This document shows positions 58,601 through 64,000 of a stretch of DNA of 64,000 nt, piece by piece. How positions within the stretch are numbered: the stretch's first letter is position 1; each line of letters begins with the position of its first letter. The translations under genes and the position numbers were made by a program. Under the pieces are notes generated by a model. That model worked only from the letters and a program-made list of their open reading frames with translations. It was not told the DNA's origin and ran no database searches. Location of the stretch: contig OZ253450.1 in NCBI GenBank assembly GCA_965261335.1, positions 892,347-956,346 on the forward strand, read 5' to 3'. This stretch comes from Candidatus Spongiihabitans sp. GTDB lineage: Bacteria; Pseudomonadota; Gammaproteobacteria; Arenicellales; Poriferihabitantaceae.

Positions 58601-61600
58601 CCTCAGCGGTTCCAGTCAGCGTGAATGATTCTGTGTTGACCGATTGTGGTGTGCTGGTAATGGATACACCCGGTGCAGTGCTGTCAATCGTCAATGTGTA
58701 GGCGTTAGAAGCGTCGTTGCCATTGCCAGCAATATCCTGAGCAACATCTGCGGCAATGGATACGGTGACGTTTCCGTCAGAGGTGGCTTCTACATTAAAG
58801 GTGTATGTTCTGCTATCAGTTGCAGAAAAGCTAGTTACAGCAGGACTATCCAAGCTTGCCGTGCCTGTTACCGTAATATCGCCTTCATCAAAGCCATTAA
58901 CTGCCTCAGTAAAGATGGCTGTGTAGCTCAGAGCTCGGTCGCTTATTGTGTCACCATTACTTCCAGAAGTAGATGTGATGGTTACTCCGGGTCGGACAGT
59001 GTCCAGCGTGATGATAACGGCTTCGGATGTTCCTGTGTTGCCGATGGTATCGGTTGAGCTTGCCGTGAATGTGTTGGCTCCTTCATCCAGCGTTACAAGT
59101 AACGTCCAAGTGCCATTCGTTGCGGTTGTGGTGCCAATAGAACCTCCGTTTTGGAATACCTCAACAGTGGAACCCGCCTCAGCGGTTCCAGTCAGCGTGA
59201 ATGATTCTGTGTTGACCGTTTGTGGTGTGTTGGTAGTGATGCTTACTGTAGGTGCAGTGCTGTCAATCGTCAATGAGTGGTTGTTAGAAGCGGTGTTGCC
59301 ATTGCCAGCACTATCTTGTGCAACCCCTGCGGCAATGGATACGATGACGTTTCCGTCAGTGGTGGCTTCTACATTAAAGGTGTATGTTCTGCTATCAGTT
59401 GCGGAAAAGCTGGATATAACAGTAGCAGTAGCACTACCCGAGATCGCCGTGCCTGTTACCGTAATATCGCCTTCATCAAAGCCACTAACTGCCTCACTAA
59501 AGATGGCTGTGTAGCTCAGAGTGCGGGTGTTTATTGTGGCGCCATTACTTCCAGAAGTAGATGTGATGGTTACTCCGGGTCGGTCAGTGTCCAGCGTGAT
59601 GATAACGGCTCCAGATGTTCCTTTGTTGCCGATGGTATCGGTTGAGCTTGCCGTGAATGTGTTAGCTCCTTCATCCAGCGTTACAAGTAACGTCCAAGTG
59701 CCATTCGTTGCGGTTGTGGTGCCAATAGTGCTTCCATCTTTGAGTACATCAACAGTGGAACCCGCATCAGCGGTTCCAGTCAGCGTGAATGAGCCTGCGT
59801 TAACCGTTTGTGGTGTGCTGGTAATGATTACACTCGGTGCAGTGCTGTCAATCGTCAATGAGTGGTTCCCAGAAGCGGTGTTGCCATTGCCAGCAATATC
59901 CTGAGCAACATCCGCATCAATAGACACGATGACGTTTCCGTCAGAGGTGGCTTCTACATTAAAGGTGTATGTTCTGCTATCAGTTGCGGAAAAGCCGGAT
60001 ATAACAGTAGCAGTAGCACTACCCGAGATCGCCGTGCCTGTTACCGTAATATCGCCTTCATCAAAGCCACTAACTGCCTCACTAAAGATGGCTGTGTAGC
60101 TCAGAGTGCGGGTGTTTATTGTGGCGCCATTACTTCCAGAAGTAGATGTGATGGTTACTCCGGGTCGGTCAGTGTCCAGCGTGATGATAACGGCTCCAGA
60201 TGTTCCTTTGTTGCCGATGGTATCGGTTGAGCTTGCCGTGAATGTGTTAGCTCCTTCATCCAGCGTTACAAGTAACGTCCAAGTGCCATTCGTTGCGGTT
60301 GTGGTGCCAATAGTGCTTCCATCTTTGAGTACATCAACAGTGGAACCCGCATCAGCGGTTCCAGTCAGCGTGAATGAGCCTGCGTTAACCGTTTGTGGTG
60401 TGCTGGTAATGATTACACTCGGTGCAGTGCTGTCAATCGTCAATGAGTGGTTCCCAGAAGCGGTGTTGCCATTGCCAGCAATATCCTGAGCAACATCCGC
60501 ATCAATAGACACGATGACGTTTCCGTCAGAGGTGGCTTCTACATTAAAGGTGTATGTTCTGCTATCAGTTGCGGAAAAGCCGGATATAACAGTAGCAGTA
60601 GCACTACCCGAGATCGCCGTGCCTGTTACCGTAATATCGCCTTCATCAAAGCCATTAACTGCCTCATCAAAGATGGCTGTGTAGCTCAGAGTGCGGGTGT
60701 TTGCTGTGCCACCATCACCTCCAGAAGTAGATGTGATGGTTACTCCGGGTCGGTCAGTGTCCAGCGTGATGATAACGGCATCGGTTGCGTCTGATGTGTT
60801 GCCATTGTTATCGGTTGCCGTTGCCGTGAATGTGTTAGCTCCTTCATCCAGCGTTACAAGTAACGTCCAAGTGCCATTCGTTGCGGTTGTGGTGCCAATA
60901 GTGCTTCCATCTTTGAGTACATCAACAGTGGAACCCGCATCAGCGGTTCCAGTCAGCGTGAATGAGCCTGCGTTAACCGTTTGTGGTGTGCTGGTAATGA
61001 TTACACTCGGTGCGGTGCGGTCAATCGTCAATGTGAACCCGTTAGAAGCGGTGTTGCCATTGCCAGCAATATCCTGAGCAACATCCGCATCAATAGACAC
61101 TCTGACGTTTCCGTCAGTGGTGGCTTCTACATTAAAGGTGAATGTGCTGTTATCAGCACTTGCGGAAAAGCCGGATATAACAGTAGCAGTAGCACTACCC
61201 GAGATCGCCGTGCCTGTTACCGTAATATCGCCTTCATCAAAGCCACTAACCGCCTCTTCAAAGGTGGCTGTGTAGCTCAGAGCTCGGTCGCTTATTGTGT
61301 CACCATTACTTCCAGAAGTAGATGTGATGGTTACTCCGGGTCGGACAGTGTCCAGCGTGATGATAACGGCTCCAGATGTTCCTCTGTTGTCATTGTCATC
61401 GGTTGCGGTTGCCGTTAATGTGTTGACTCCCTCCGTCAGCGTGACCGTGATTGTCCAAGAACCATTCGTTGCGGTTGTGGTGCCAATAGTACCTCCGTTT
61501 TGGAATACCTCAACAGTGGAACCCGCATCAGCGCCACCAGTCAGCGTGAATGATTCTGTGTTGACCGATTGTGGTGTGTTGGTAGTGATGCTTACTGTAG

Positions 61601-64000
61601 GTGCAGTGCTGTCAATCGTCAATGAGTGGTTGTTAGAAGCGGTGTTACCATTGCCAGCAATATCATGAGCGGACTCTGCGGCAATGGATACGGTGACGCT
61701 TCCGTCAACGGTGGTTACTACATTAAAGGTGAATGTGCTGTTATCAGCACTTGCGGAAAAGCCGGATATAACAGTAGCAGTAGCACTACCCGAGATCGCC
61801 GTGCCTGTTACCGTAATATCGCCTTCATTAAAGCCATTAACTGCCTCATCAAAGATGGCTGTGTAGCTCAGAGTGCGGGTGTTTGCTGTGCCACCATCAT
61901 CTCCAGAAGCAGATGAGATGAGTACGGTCGGTGGAGTACTGTCCAGCGTGATGATAACCTCACCAGATGTTCCTGTGTTGTCATTGTCATCGGTTGCGGT
62001 TGCCGTGAATGTGTTGACTCCCTCCGTCAGCGTGACGGTGATTGTCCAAGCACCATTCGCTGTTGCGGTTGTGGTGCCAATAGAGCTTCCATCTTTGAGT
62101 ACATCAACAAGGGAACCCGCATCAGCGGTTCCAGTCAGCGTGAATGATTCTGTGTTGACCGATTGTGGTGTGCTGGTAATGGATACACCCGGTGCAGTGC
62201 TGTCAATCGTCAATGAGTGGTTGTTAGAAGCGGTGTTACCATTGCCAGCACTATCTTGAGCAACCCCTGCGGCAATGGATACGGTGACGCTTCCGTCAGA
62301 GATGGCTTCCACATTAAAGGTGTATGTTCTGCTATCAATTACAGAAAAGCTGGTTACAGAAGGACTACCCAAGTTTACCGTGCCTGTTACCGTAATATCG
62401 CCTTCATTAAAGCCACTAACCGCCTCATCAAAGATGGCTGTGTAGCTCAGAGTGCGGGTGTTTGCTGTGCCACCATCACCGCCAGAAGTAGATGAGATGA
62501 CTACGCGCGGTGGGTCAGTGTCCAGCGTGATGATAACGGCATCGGTTGCGTCTGATATGTTGCCATTGCTATCGGTTGCCGTTGCCGTGAATGTGTTGGC
62601 TCCTGCACATAGAATAACCATTACCTCCCACTCGCCATTGGTGCCAGCCGTTGTGCTACCAATCATTCTAGTGCCACCTGTATTGGTGTCACTGCATACC
62701 AAACGATTACTCCAGAGATTGATGTTCACTGCCGCCTCAGCGGTGCCTCTAATAGTAAATGAGGCTGTGTTGACCGATTCTGCTTGAGTGCTAATGACTG
62801 GGGTGTCTGGTCGGGCGGGTAGCACGGGTACTTCCTGAAAGTTTGCCAACCTCTTGCCCAGCGAATTCCTGATGTTTCCTCTATAATTTGTGTAGGACAG
62901 GGTAACACTCTCTCCGTGGGGAATACTTTTTGACAGGTTAAGTTTTACGATAGGACTATCTGGCGTAAAACTAAAACTGCTTACCACCGCGAATGAACGA
63001 TCGCTCAATCTCGATAGTTCAAAGTTAGTATCTCTTGCCAACTCAGTATCACCAAAATTTAAGTTATTAGTAACCGGCTCAGAGAATGTTACAAACACAA
63101 CATTCCCTGACGCGTCTGATGCCGCAGATACCACATAAGGTATTGGCTCTTTGTTGATAATTGTCGCCGTTGCGGCAATAGGCGTACCGAGTTCACCACG
63201 GTCTGTGTCGGTTAATGTTACGGTAAAACTCTCGCTGCTCTCATCATTATCACTATCATGCCGCACGGGTATGCTGAAAGAGGCACTTCCTGCCAACGCT
63301 GAAATAGTGATGCTTCCGCTTGTTGCCGTATAGTCCGAGCCTGCGCTGGCAGTGCCATCGCTGGTTTCATAGCTGACTGTCAACGGCAAGGCGTTAGCTG
63401 GAATCAGTGTTATGGTGAATTCGGCATTGCCCGCATCCTCGTTCACATTCACGTTCATGCTGGTATCGGCAAACTGTACCTGCGTGGTGTCGTCATCAAC
63501 AATGGTAATCTCGATCGAAGTTTGATTACTAATCGTCCCATCAGTGGCGGTAATTGACGCGACTGTGGTTGTTAATCGAGGGTTGCGTAAGGTGATGGTG
63601 AATTGTTCATCGTCCTCATCCAGCATGTCGCCGAGTGCGGCGGGCAGTGTTAATGTATAGGTGCCACTACTGCCCACGGGTATCACCAGCGTGCCGCTGT
63701 GCTGAGTCGCAACATCCGCCGCAGTCGCCGTGTCGGGAAAGGAAAATTCGTAGTCCAGCGACAGTGGCTGTTGGATTACGCCATTAGTTACTCCGCCCCC
63801 TATTCCCGATTTGGATACATCGACTCTCACGTCGATACTCGCCTCAGTTGTACCTGTGTTTCCTTCTGTAACCTGTTGATGATGTGATAGTATGTTTACT
63901 GTGACATAAATATTGTCGGTTAGCGTGAAACTTGCCGAGCTTGGGGTAAGTCCTGAAGTGGGTGGTGTGGCGGTAACTGTGATGACCTCATCGCCATAGG
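46656..64000 (-). CDS. Second giant autotransporter adhesin (>5780 aa, 5' end outside the window): Calx-beta domains, SwmB-like domain, long Ig-repeat stalk, ZU5-like domain, barrel
   Basis: The frame stays open from 63830 to the window edge (YGDEVITVTATPPTSGL...VTEGNTGTTEASIDVRV), so the listed GTG is not the start. Calx-beta motifs (VNEDAGNAEFTITL, ETSDGTASAGSDY), SwmB-like VFVTFSEPV...GESVTLSYT; C-terminal ~600 aa nearly identical to 10572..12360. Confidence 0.93.
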   Translation of the reverse strand, partial: YGDEVITVTATPPTSGLTPSSASFTLTDNIYVTVNILSHHQQVTEGNTGTTEASIDVRVDVSKSGIGGGVTNGVIQQPLSLDYEFSFPDTATAADVATQHSGTLVIPVGSSGTYTLTLPAALGDMLDEDDEQFTITLRNPRLTTTVASITATDGTISNQTSIEITIVDDDTTQVQFADTSMNVNVNEDAGNAEFTITLIPANALPLTVSYETSDGTASAGSDYTATSGSITISALAGSASFSIPVRHDSDNDESSESFTVTLTDTDRGELGTPIAATATIINKEPIPYVVSAASDASGNVVFVTFSEPVTNNLNFGDTELARDTNFELSRLSDRSFAVVSSFSFTPDSPIVKLNLSKSIPHGESVTLSYTNYRGNIRNSLGKRLANFQEVPVLPARPDTPVISTQAESVNTASFTIRGTAEAAVNINLWSNRLVCSDTNTGGTRMIGSTTAGTNGEWEVMVILCAGANTFTATATDSNGNISDATDAVIITLDTDPPRVVISSTSGGDGGTANTRTLSYTAIFDEAVSGFNEGDITVTGTVNLGSPSVTSFSVIDSRTYTFNVEAISDGSVTVSIAAGVAQDSAGNGNTASNNHSLTIDSTAPGVSITSTPQSVNTESFTLTGTADAGSLVDVLKDGSSIGTTTATANGAWTITVTLTEGVNTFTATATDDNDNTGTSGEVIITLDSTPPTVLISSASGDDGGTANTRTLSYTAIFDEAVNGFNEGDITVTGTAISGSATATVISGFSASADNSTFTFNVVTTVDGSVTVSIAAESAHDIAGNGNTASNNHSLTIDSTAPTVSITTNTPQSVNTESFTLTGGADAGSTVEVFQNGGTIGTTTATNGSWTITVTLTEGVNTLTATATDDNDNRGTSGAVIITLDTVRPGVTITSTSGSNGDTISDRALSYTATFEEAVSGFDEGDITVTGTAISGSATATVISGFSASADNSTFTFNVEATTDGNVRVSIDADVAQDIAGNGNTASNGFTLTIDRTAPSVIITSTPQTVNAGSFTLTGTADAGSTVDVLKDGSTIGTTTATNGTWTLLVTLDEGANTFTATATDNNGNTSDATDAVIITLDTDRPGVTITSTSGGDGGTANTRTLSYTAIFDEAVNGFDEGDITVTGTAISGSATATVISGFSATDSRTYTFNVEATSDGNVIVSIDADVAQDIAGNGNTASGNHSLTIDSTAPSVIITSTPQTVNAGSFTLTGTADAGSTVDVLKDGSTIGTTTATNGTWTLLVTLDEGANTFTASSTDTIGNKGTSGAVIITLDTDRPGVTITSTSGSNGATINTRTLSYTAIFSEAVSGFDEGDITVTGTAISGSATATVISGFSATDSRTYTFNVEATSDGNVIVSIDADVAQDIAGNGNTASGNHSLTIDSTAPSVIITSTPQTVNAGSFTLTGTADAGSTVDVLKDGSTIGTTTATNGTWTLLVTLDEGANTFTASSTDTIGNKGTSGAVIITLDTDRPGVTITSTSGSNGATINTRTLSYTAIFSEAVSGFDEGDITVTGTAISGSATATVISSFSATDSRTYTFNVEATTDGNVIVSIAAGVAQDSAGNGNTASNNHSLTIDSTAPTVSITTNTPQTVNTESFTLTGTAEAGSTVEVFQNGGSIGTTTATNGTWTLLVTLDEGANTFTASSTDTIGNTGTSEAVIITLDTVRPGVTITSTSGSNGDTISDRALSYTAIFTEAVNGFDEGDITVTGTASLDSPAVTSFSATDSRTYTFNVEATSDGNVTVSIAADVAQDIAGNGNDASNAYTLTIDSTAPGVSITSTPQSVNTESFTLTGTAEAGSTVEVFQNGGSIGTTTATANGAWTITVTLTEGVNTFTATATDDNDNTGTSGEVIITLDSTPPTVLISSASGDDGGTANTRTLSYTAIFTEAVSGFNEGDITVTGTAISGSATATVISGFSASADNSTFTFNVVTTVDGSVTVSIAAESAHDIAGNGNTASNNHSLTIDSTAPTVSITTNTPQSVNTESFTLTGGADAGSTVEVFQNGGTIGTTTATNGSWTITVTLTEGVNTLTATATDDNDNRGTSGAVIITLDTVRPGVTITSTSGSNGDTISDRALSYTATFEEAVSGFDEGDITVTGTAISGSATATVISGFSASADNSTFTFNVEATTDGNVRVSIDADVAQDIAGNGNTASNGFTLTIDRTAPSVIITSTPQTVNAGSFTLTGTADAGSTVDVLKDGSTIGTTTATNGTWTLLVTLDEGANTFTATATDNNGNTSDATDAVIITLDTDRPGVTITSTSGGDGGTANTRTLSYTAIFDEAVNGFDEGDITVTGTAISGSATATVISGFSATDSRTYTFNVEATSDGNVIVSIDADVAQDIAGNGNTASGNHSLTIDSTAPSVIITSTPQTVNAGSFTLTGTADAGSTVDVLKDGSTIGTTTATNGTWTLLVTLDEGANTFTASSTDTIGNKGTSGAVIITLDTDRPGVTITSTSGSNGATINTRTLSYTAIFSEAVSGFDEGDITVTGTAISGSATATVISGFSATDSRTYTFNVEATSDGNVIVSIDADVAQDIAGNGNTASGNHSLTIDSTAPSVIITSTPQTVNAGSFTLTGTADAGSTVDVLKDGSTIGTTTATNGTWTLLVTLDEGANTFTASSTDTIGNKGTSGAVIITLDTDRPGVTITSTSGSNGATINTRTLSYTAIFSEAVSGFDEGDITVTGTAISGSATATVISSFSATDSRTYTFNVEATTDGNVIVSIAAGVAQDSAGNGNTASNNHSLTIDSTAPTVSITTNTPQTVNTESFTLTGTAEAGSTVEVFQNGGSIGTTTATGGTWTLLVTLTDGANTFTATATDNNGNTSEATEAVIITLDTVRPGVTISSASGGDGATISDRALSYTAIFTEAVNGFDEGDITVTGTAISGSATATVISGFSATDSRTYTFNVEATSDGNVIVSIDADVAQDIAGNGNTASGNHSLTIDRTAPSVIITSTPQTVNAGSFTLTGTADAGSTVDVLKDGSTIGTTTATNGTWTLLVTLDEGANTFTASSTDTIGNKGTSGAVIITLDTDRPGVTITSTSGSNGATINTRTLSYTAIFSEAVSDFDEGDITVTDTVISGSGTVISGFDATDSRTYTFNAISPADVNVTVSIAAGVAHDGAGNGNIASSNYALTIDSMAPGVLITTSTPQTVNAASFTLTGTADAGSVVDVLKDGSSIGTLTATSTAWTFPVMLDEGVNTFTASSTDTIGNKGTSGAVIITLDTDRPGVTITSTSGSNGATISDRALSYTAIFTEAVNGFDEGDITVTGTAISGSATATVISGFSATDSRTYTFNVEATSDGNVRVSIDADVAQDIAGNGNTASNGFTLTIDSTAPSVSITNTPQSVNAGSFTLTGNAEAGSTVEVFKNGGSIGTETATGGTWTLLVRLTDGANTFTATATDSNGNTGASGAVIITLDSIGPVAVPSISISPNTLVATVGTAIQQITIVSSGGAVESYSIAPAIGNGLSFSTATGAISGTPSAEADLITYVITATNSGGTDSRTITITVNAASPPPRPVITTSTPQTVNTALFTLTGTADAGSTVDVLKDGSTIGTITATNGTWTLLVTLDEGANTFTASSTDTIGNKGTSGAVIITLDTDRPGVTITSTSGSNGATINTRTLSYTAIFSEAVSGFDEGDITVTGTAISGSATATVISGFSATDSRTYTFNVEATSDGNVIVSIDADVAQDIAGNGNTASGNHSLTIDSTAPSVIITSTPQTVNAGSFTLTGTADAGSTVDVLKDGSTIGTTTATNGTWTLLVTLDEGANTFTASSTDTIGNKGTSGAVIITLDTDRPGVTITSTSGSNGATINTRTLSYTAIFSEAVSGFDEGDITVTGTAISGSATATVISSFSATDSRTYTFNVEATTDGNVIVSIAAGVAQDSAGNGNTASNNHSLTIDSTAPTVSITTNTPQTVNTESFTLTGTAEAGSTVDVLKDGSTIGTTTATGGTWTLLVTLTDGANTFTATATDNNGNTSEATEAVIITLDTVRPGVTISSASGGDGATISDRALSYTAIFTEAVNGFDEGDITVTGTAISGSATATVISGFSATDSRTYTFNVEATSDGNVIVSIDADVAQDIAGNGNTASGNHSLTIDRTAPSVIITSTPQTVNAGSFTLTGTADAGSTVDVLKDGSTIGTTTATNGTWTLLVTLDEGANTFTASSTDTIGNKGTSGAVIITLDTDRPGVTITSTSGSNGATINTRTLSYTAIFSEAVSDFDEGDITVTDTVISGSGTVISGFDATDSRTYTFNAISPADVNVTVSIAAGVAHDGAGNGNIASSNYALTIDSMAPGVLITTSTPQTVNAASFTLTGTADAGSVVDVLKDGSSIGTLTATSTAWTFPVMLDEGVNTFTASSTDTIGNKGTSGAVIITLDTDRPGVTITSTSGSNGATISDRALSYTAIFTEAVNGFDEGDITVTGTAISGSATATVISGFSASADNSTFTFNVEATTDGSVTVSIAAEAAHDIAGNGNDASNGFTLTIDSTAPTVSITTNTPQTVNTESFTLTGTAEAGSTVEVFQNGGSIGTETATGGTWTLLVTLTDGANTFTATATDNNGNTSDATDAVIITLDTVRPGVTITSTSGSNGATISDRALSYTAIFTEAVNGFDEGDITVTGTAISGSATATVISGFSATDSRTYTFNVEAISDGSVTVSIAAGVAQDSAGNGNTASNNHSLTIDSTAPTVSITTNTPQSVNTESFTLTGGADAGSTVEVFQNGGTIGTTTATNGSWTITVTLTEGVNTLTATATDDNDNRGTSGAVIITLDTVRPGVTITSTSGSNGDTISDRALSYTATFEEAVSGFDTNDITVTGTASLDSPSVTIFSASADSRTYTFNVEATSDGNVIVSIGADVDQDIAGNGNTASNGFTLTIDSTAPSVSITNTPQSVNAGSFTLTGNAEAGSTVEVFKNGGSIGTETATTNGTWTLLVRLTDGANTFTATATDSNGNTGTSGAVIITLDSIGPVAVPSISISPNTLVATVGTAIQQITIVSSGGAVESYSIAPAIGNGLSFSTATGAISGTPSAEADLITYVITATNSGGTDSRTITITVNAAPTTPTAPSVSIITTPQTVNTASFTLTGTADAGSVVEVLQNGSSVGTETATGGTWTIIVTLDGGANTFTATATDADGNTSPLSDAVIITLEIPEFTNTVKRKIKRSDGSTTSVGVTFGESKTVTVTIRAFTTTTSASADDVITKASNTLNIETAKDYFEFISHLPSVVKVDLLENAIVDIVITDAFGYPVPDACSVDSPCKVSLSYTDADLERLGDISAEELVVFHYTNDKWTELKSFVDPDSPNTIVGETTSFSPFVLGRVDRYSTQFHRQIIARFTQALVANVARTVEGRVGAAFSDARQLASYQLDGQTVQLNGSDNLQDSMMNKLPHYAKALKDGGMDWKAMLSRSSFVLPLNTAGNLDSEQSGMTLWGRGDYTKLSGKSGGLDWNGSLVGFQVGIDSRIRDDLLVGGLVSFGNGKTDYTDNRTDGAYKLKNMTGVHPYMAWTNGDMSLWGSVGYGQGRAEVSTGNVTSKVSMLSLSGGVKGKLSQTGLSLKGDISLVRTDVENTIKVDNNQRLRLVLESERQRTLASGGTITPVLEAGLRYDSGDGESGLGAVLGAGIRHNLDGWVVKGKVHAVVGQNNYQEWGIHGTIEKAPNVNQQGLSFSVNPSYGATDIRMQQVYGRDQTSVSNNGTSNDYAMRLNARMDYGLSVSGIRGMLIPYSKATLGGQSKDYELGINWKRHSAFNINLSVERETRGTSNRILLESKVQF
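48530..62620 (-). repeat. Intragenic Ig-unit array (more than 20 units of ~585 bp) with higher-order duplications
   Basis: Block duplications with offsets 3471 bp (50788/54259, 51355/54826, 51955/55426), 3519 bp (56587/60106, 57172/60691, 58354/61873) and 4650 bp (48988/53638). Confidence 0.95.

Noticed and set aside
63828-63830. GTG start assigned by the ORF track to the 5724-aa protein
   Set aside because: The frame is open to the window edge, the GTG lies inside a Calx-beta-like domain, and no signal peptide follows.
306-63887. Numerous 60-270 aa plus-strand ORFs and short minus-strand out-of-frame ORFs inside the giant genes
   Set aside because: They are antisense or alternative-frame shadows that recur with the repeat period of the real genes and show no independent protein motifs.

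Overview
An accessory locus of giant, highly repetitive surface proteins from a Gram-negative bacterium (autotransporter barrels), all on the minus strand and separated by two clusters of decayed insertion sequences. In transcription order: a giant autotransporter (46656 to beyond 64000; Calx-beta and SwmB-like domains, Ig stalk, barrel), an IS cluster (IS200, IS1634, IS30, IS5 end, IS1595, ISL3), a two-gene operon of a 4095-aa secreted DUF285/cadherin protein and a 6302-aa autotransporter, a second IS cluster (IS30 x2, a MITE, IS5), and a paralogous DUF285 protein running off the left edge. The main observation is that the 4095-aa protein has no barrel and ends in a duplicated dockerin-like motif, while the next gene starts with a cohesin-like domain at the tip of a long Ig stalk. 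This suggests a cellulosome-like cohesin-dockerin adhesin displayed by an autotransporter scaffold. Both autotransporters also carry a ZU5/FIIND-like SF|SP motif just before the barrel. Domain calls are by-eye motif recognition, not database searches.
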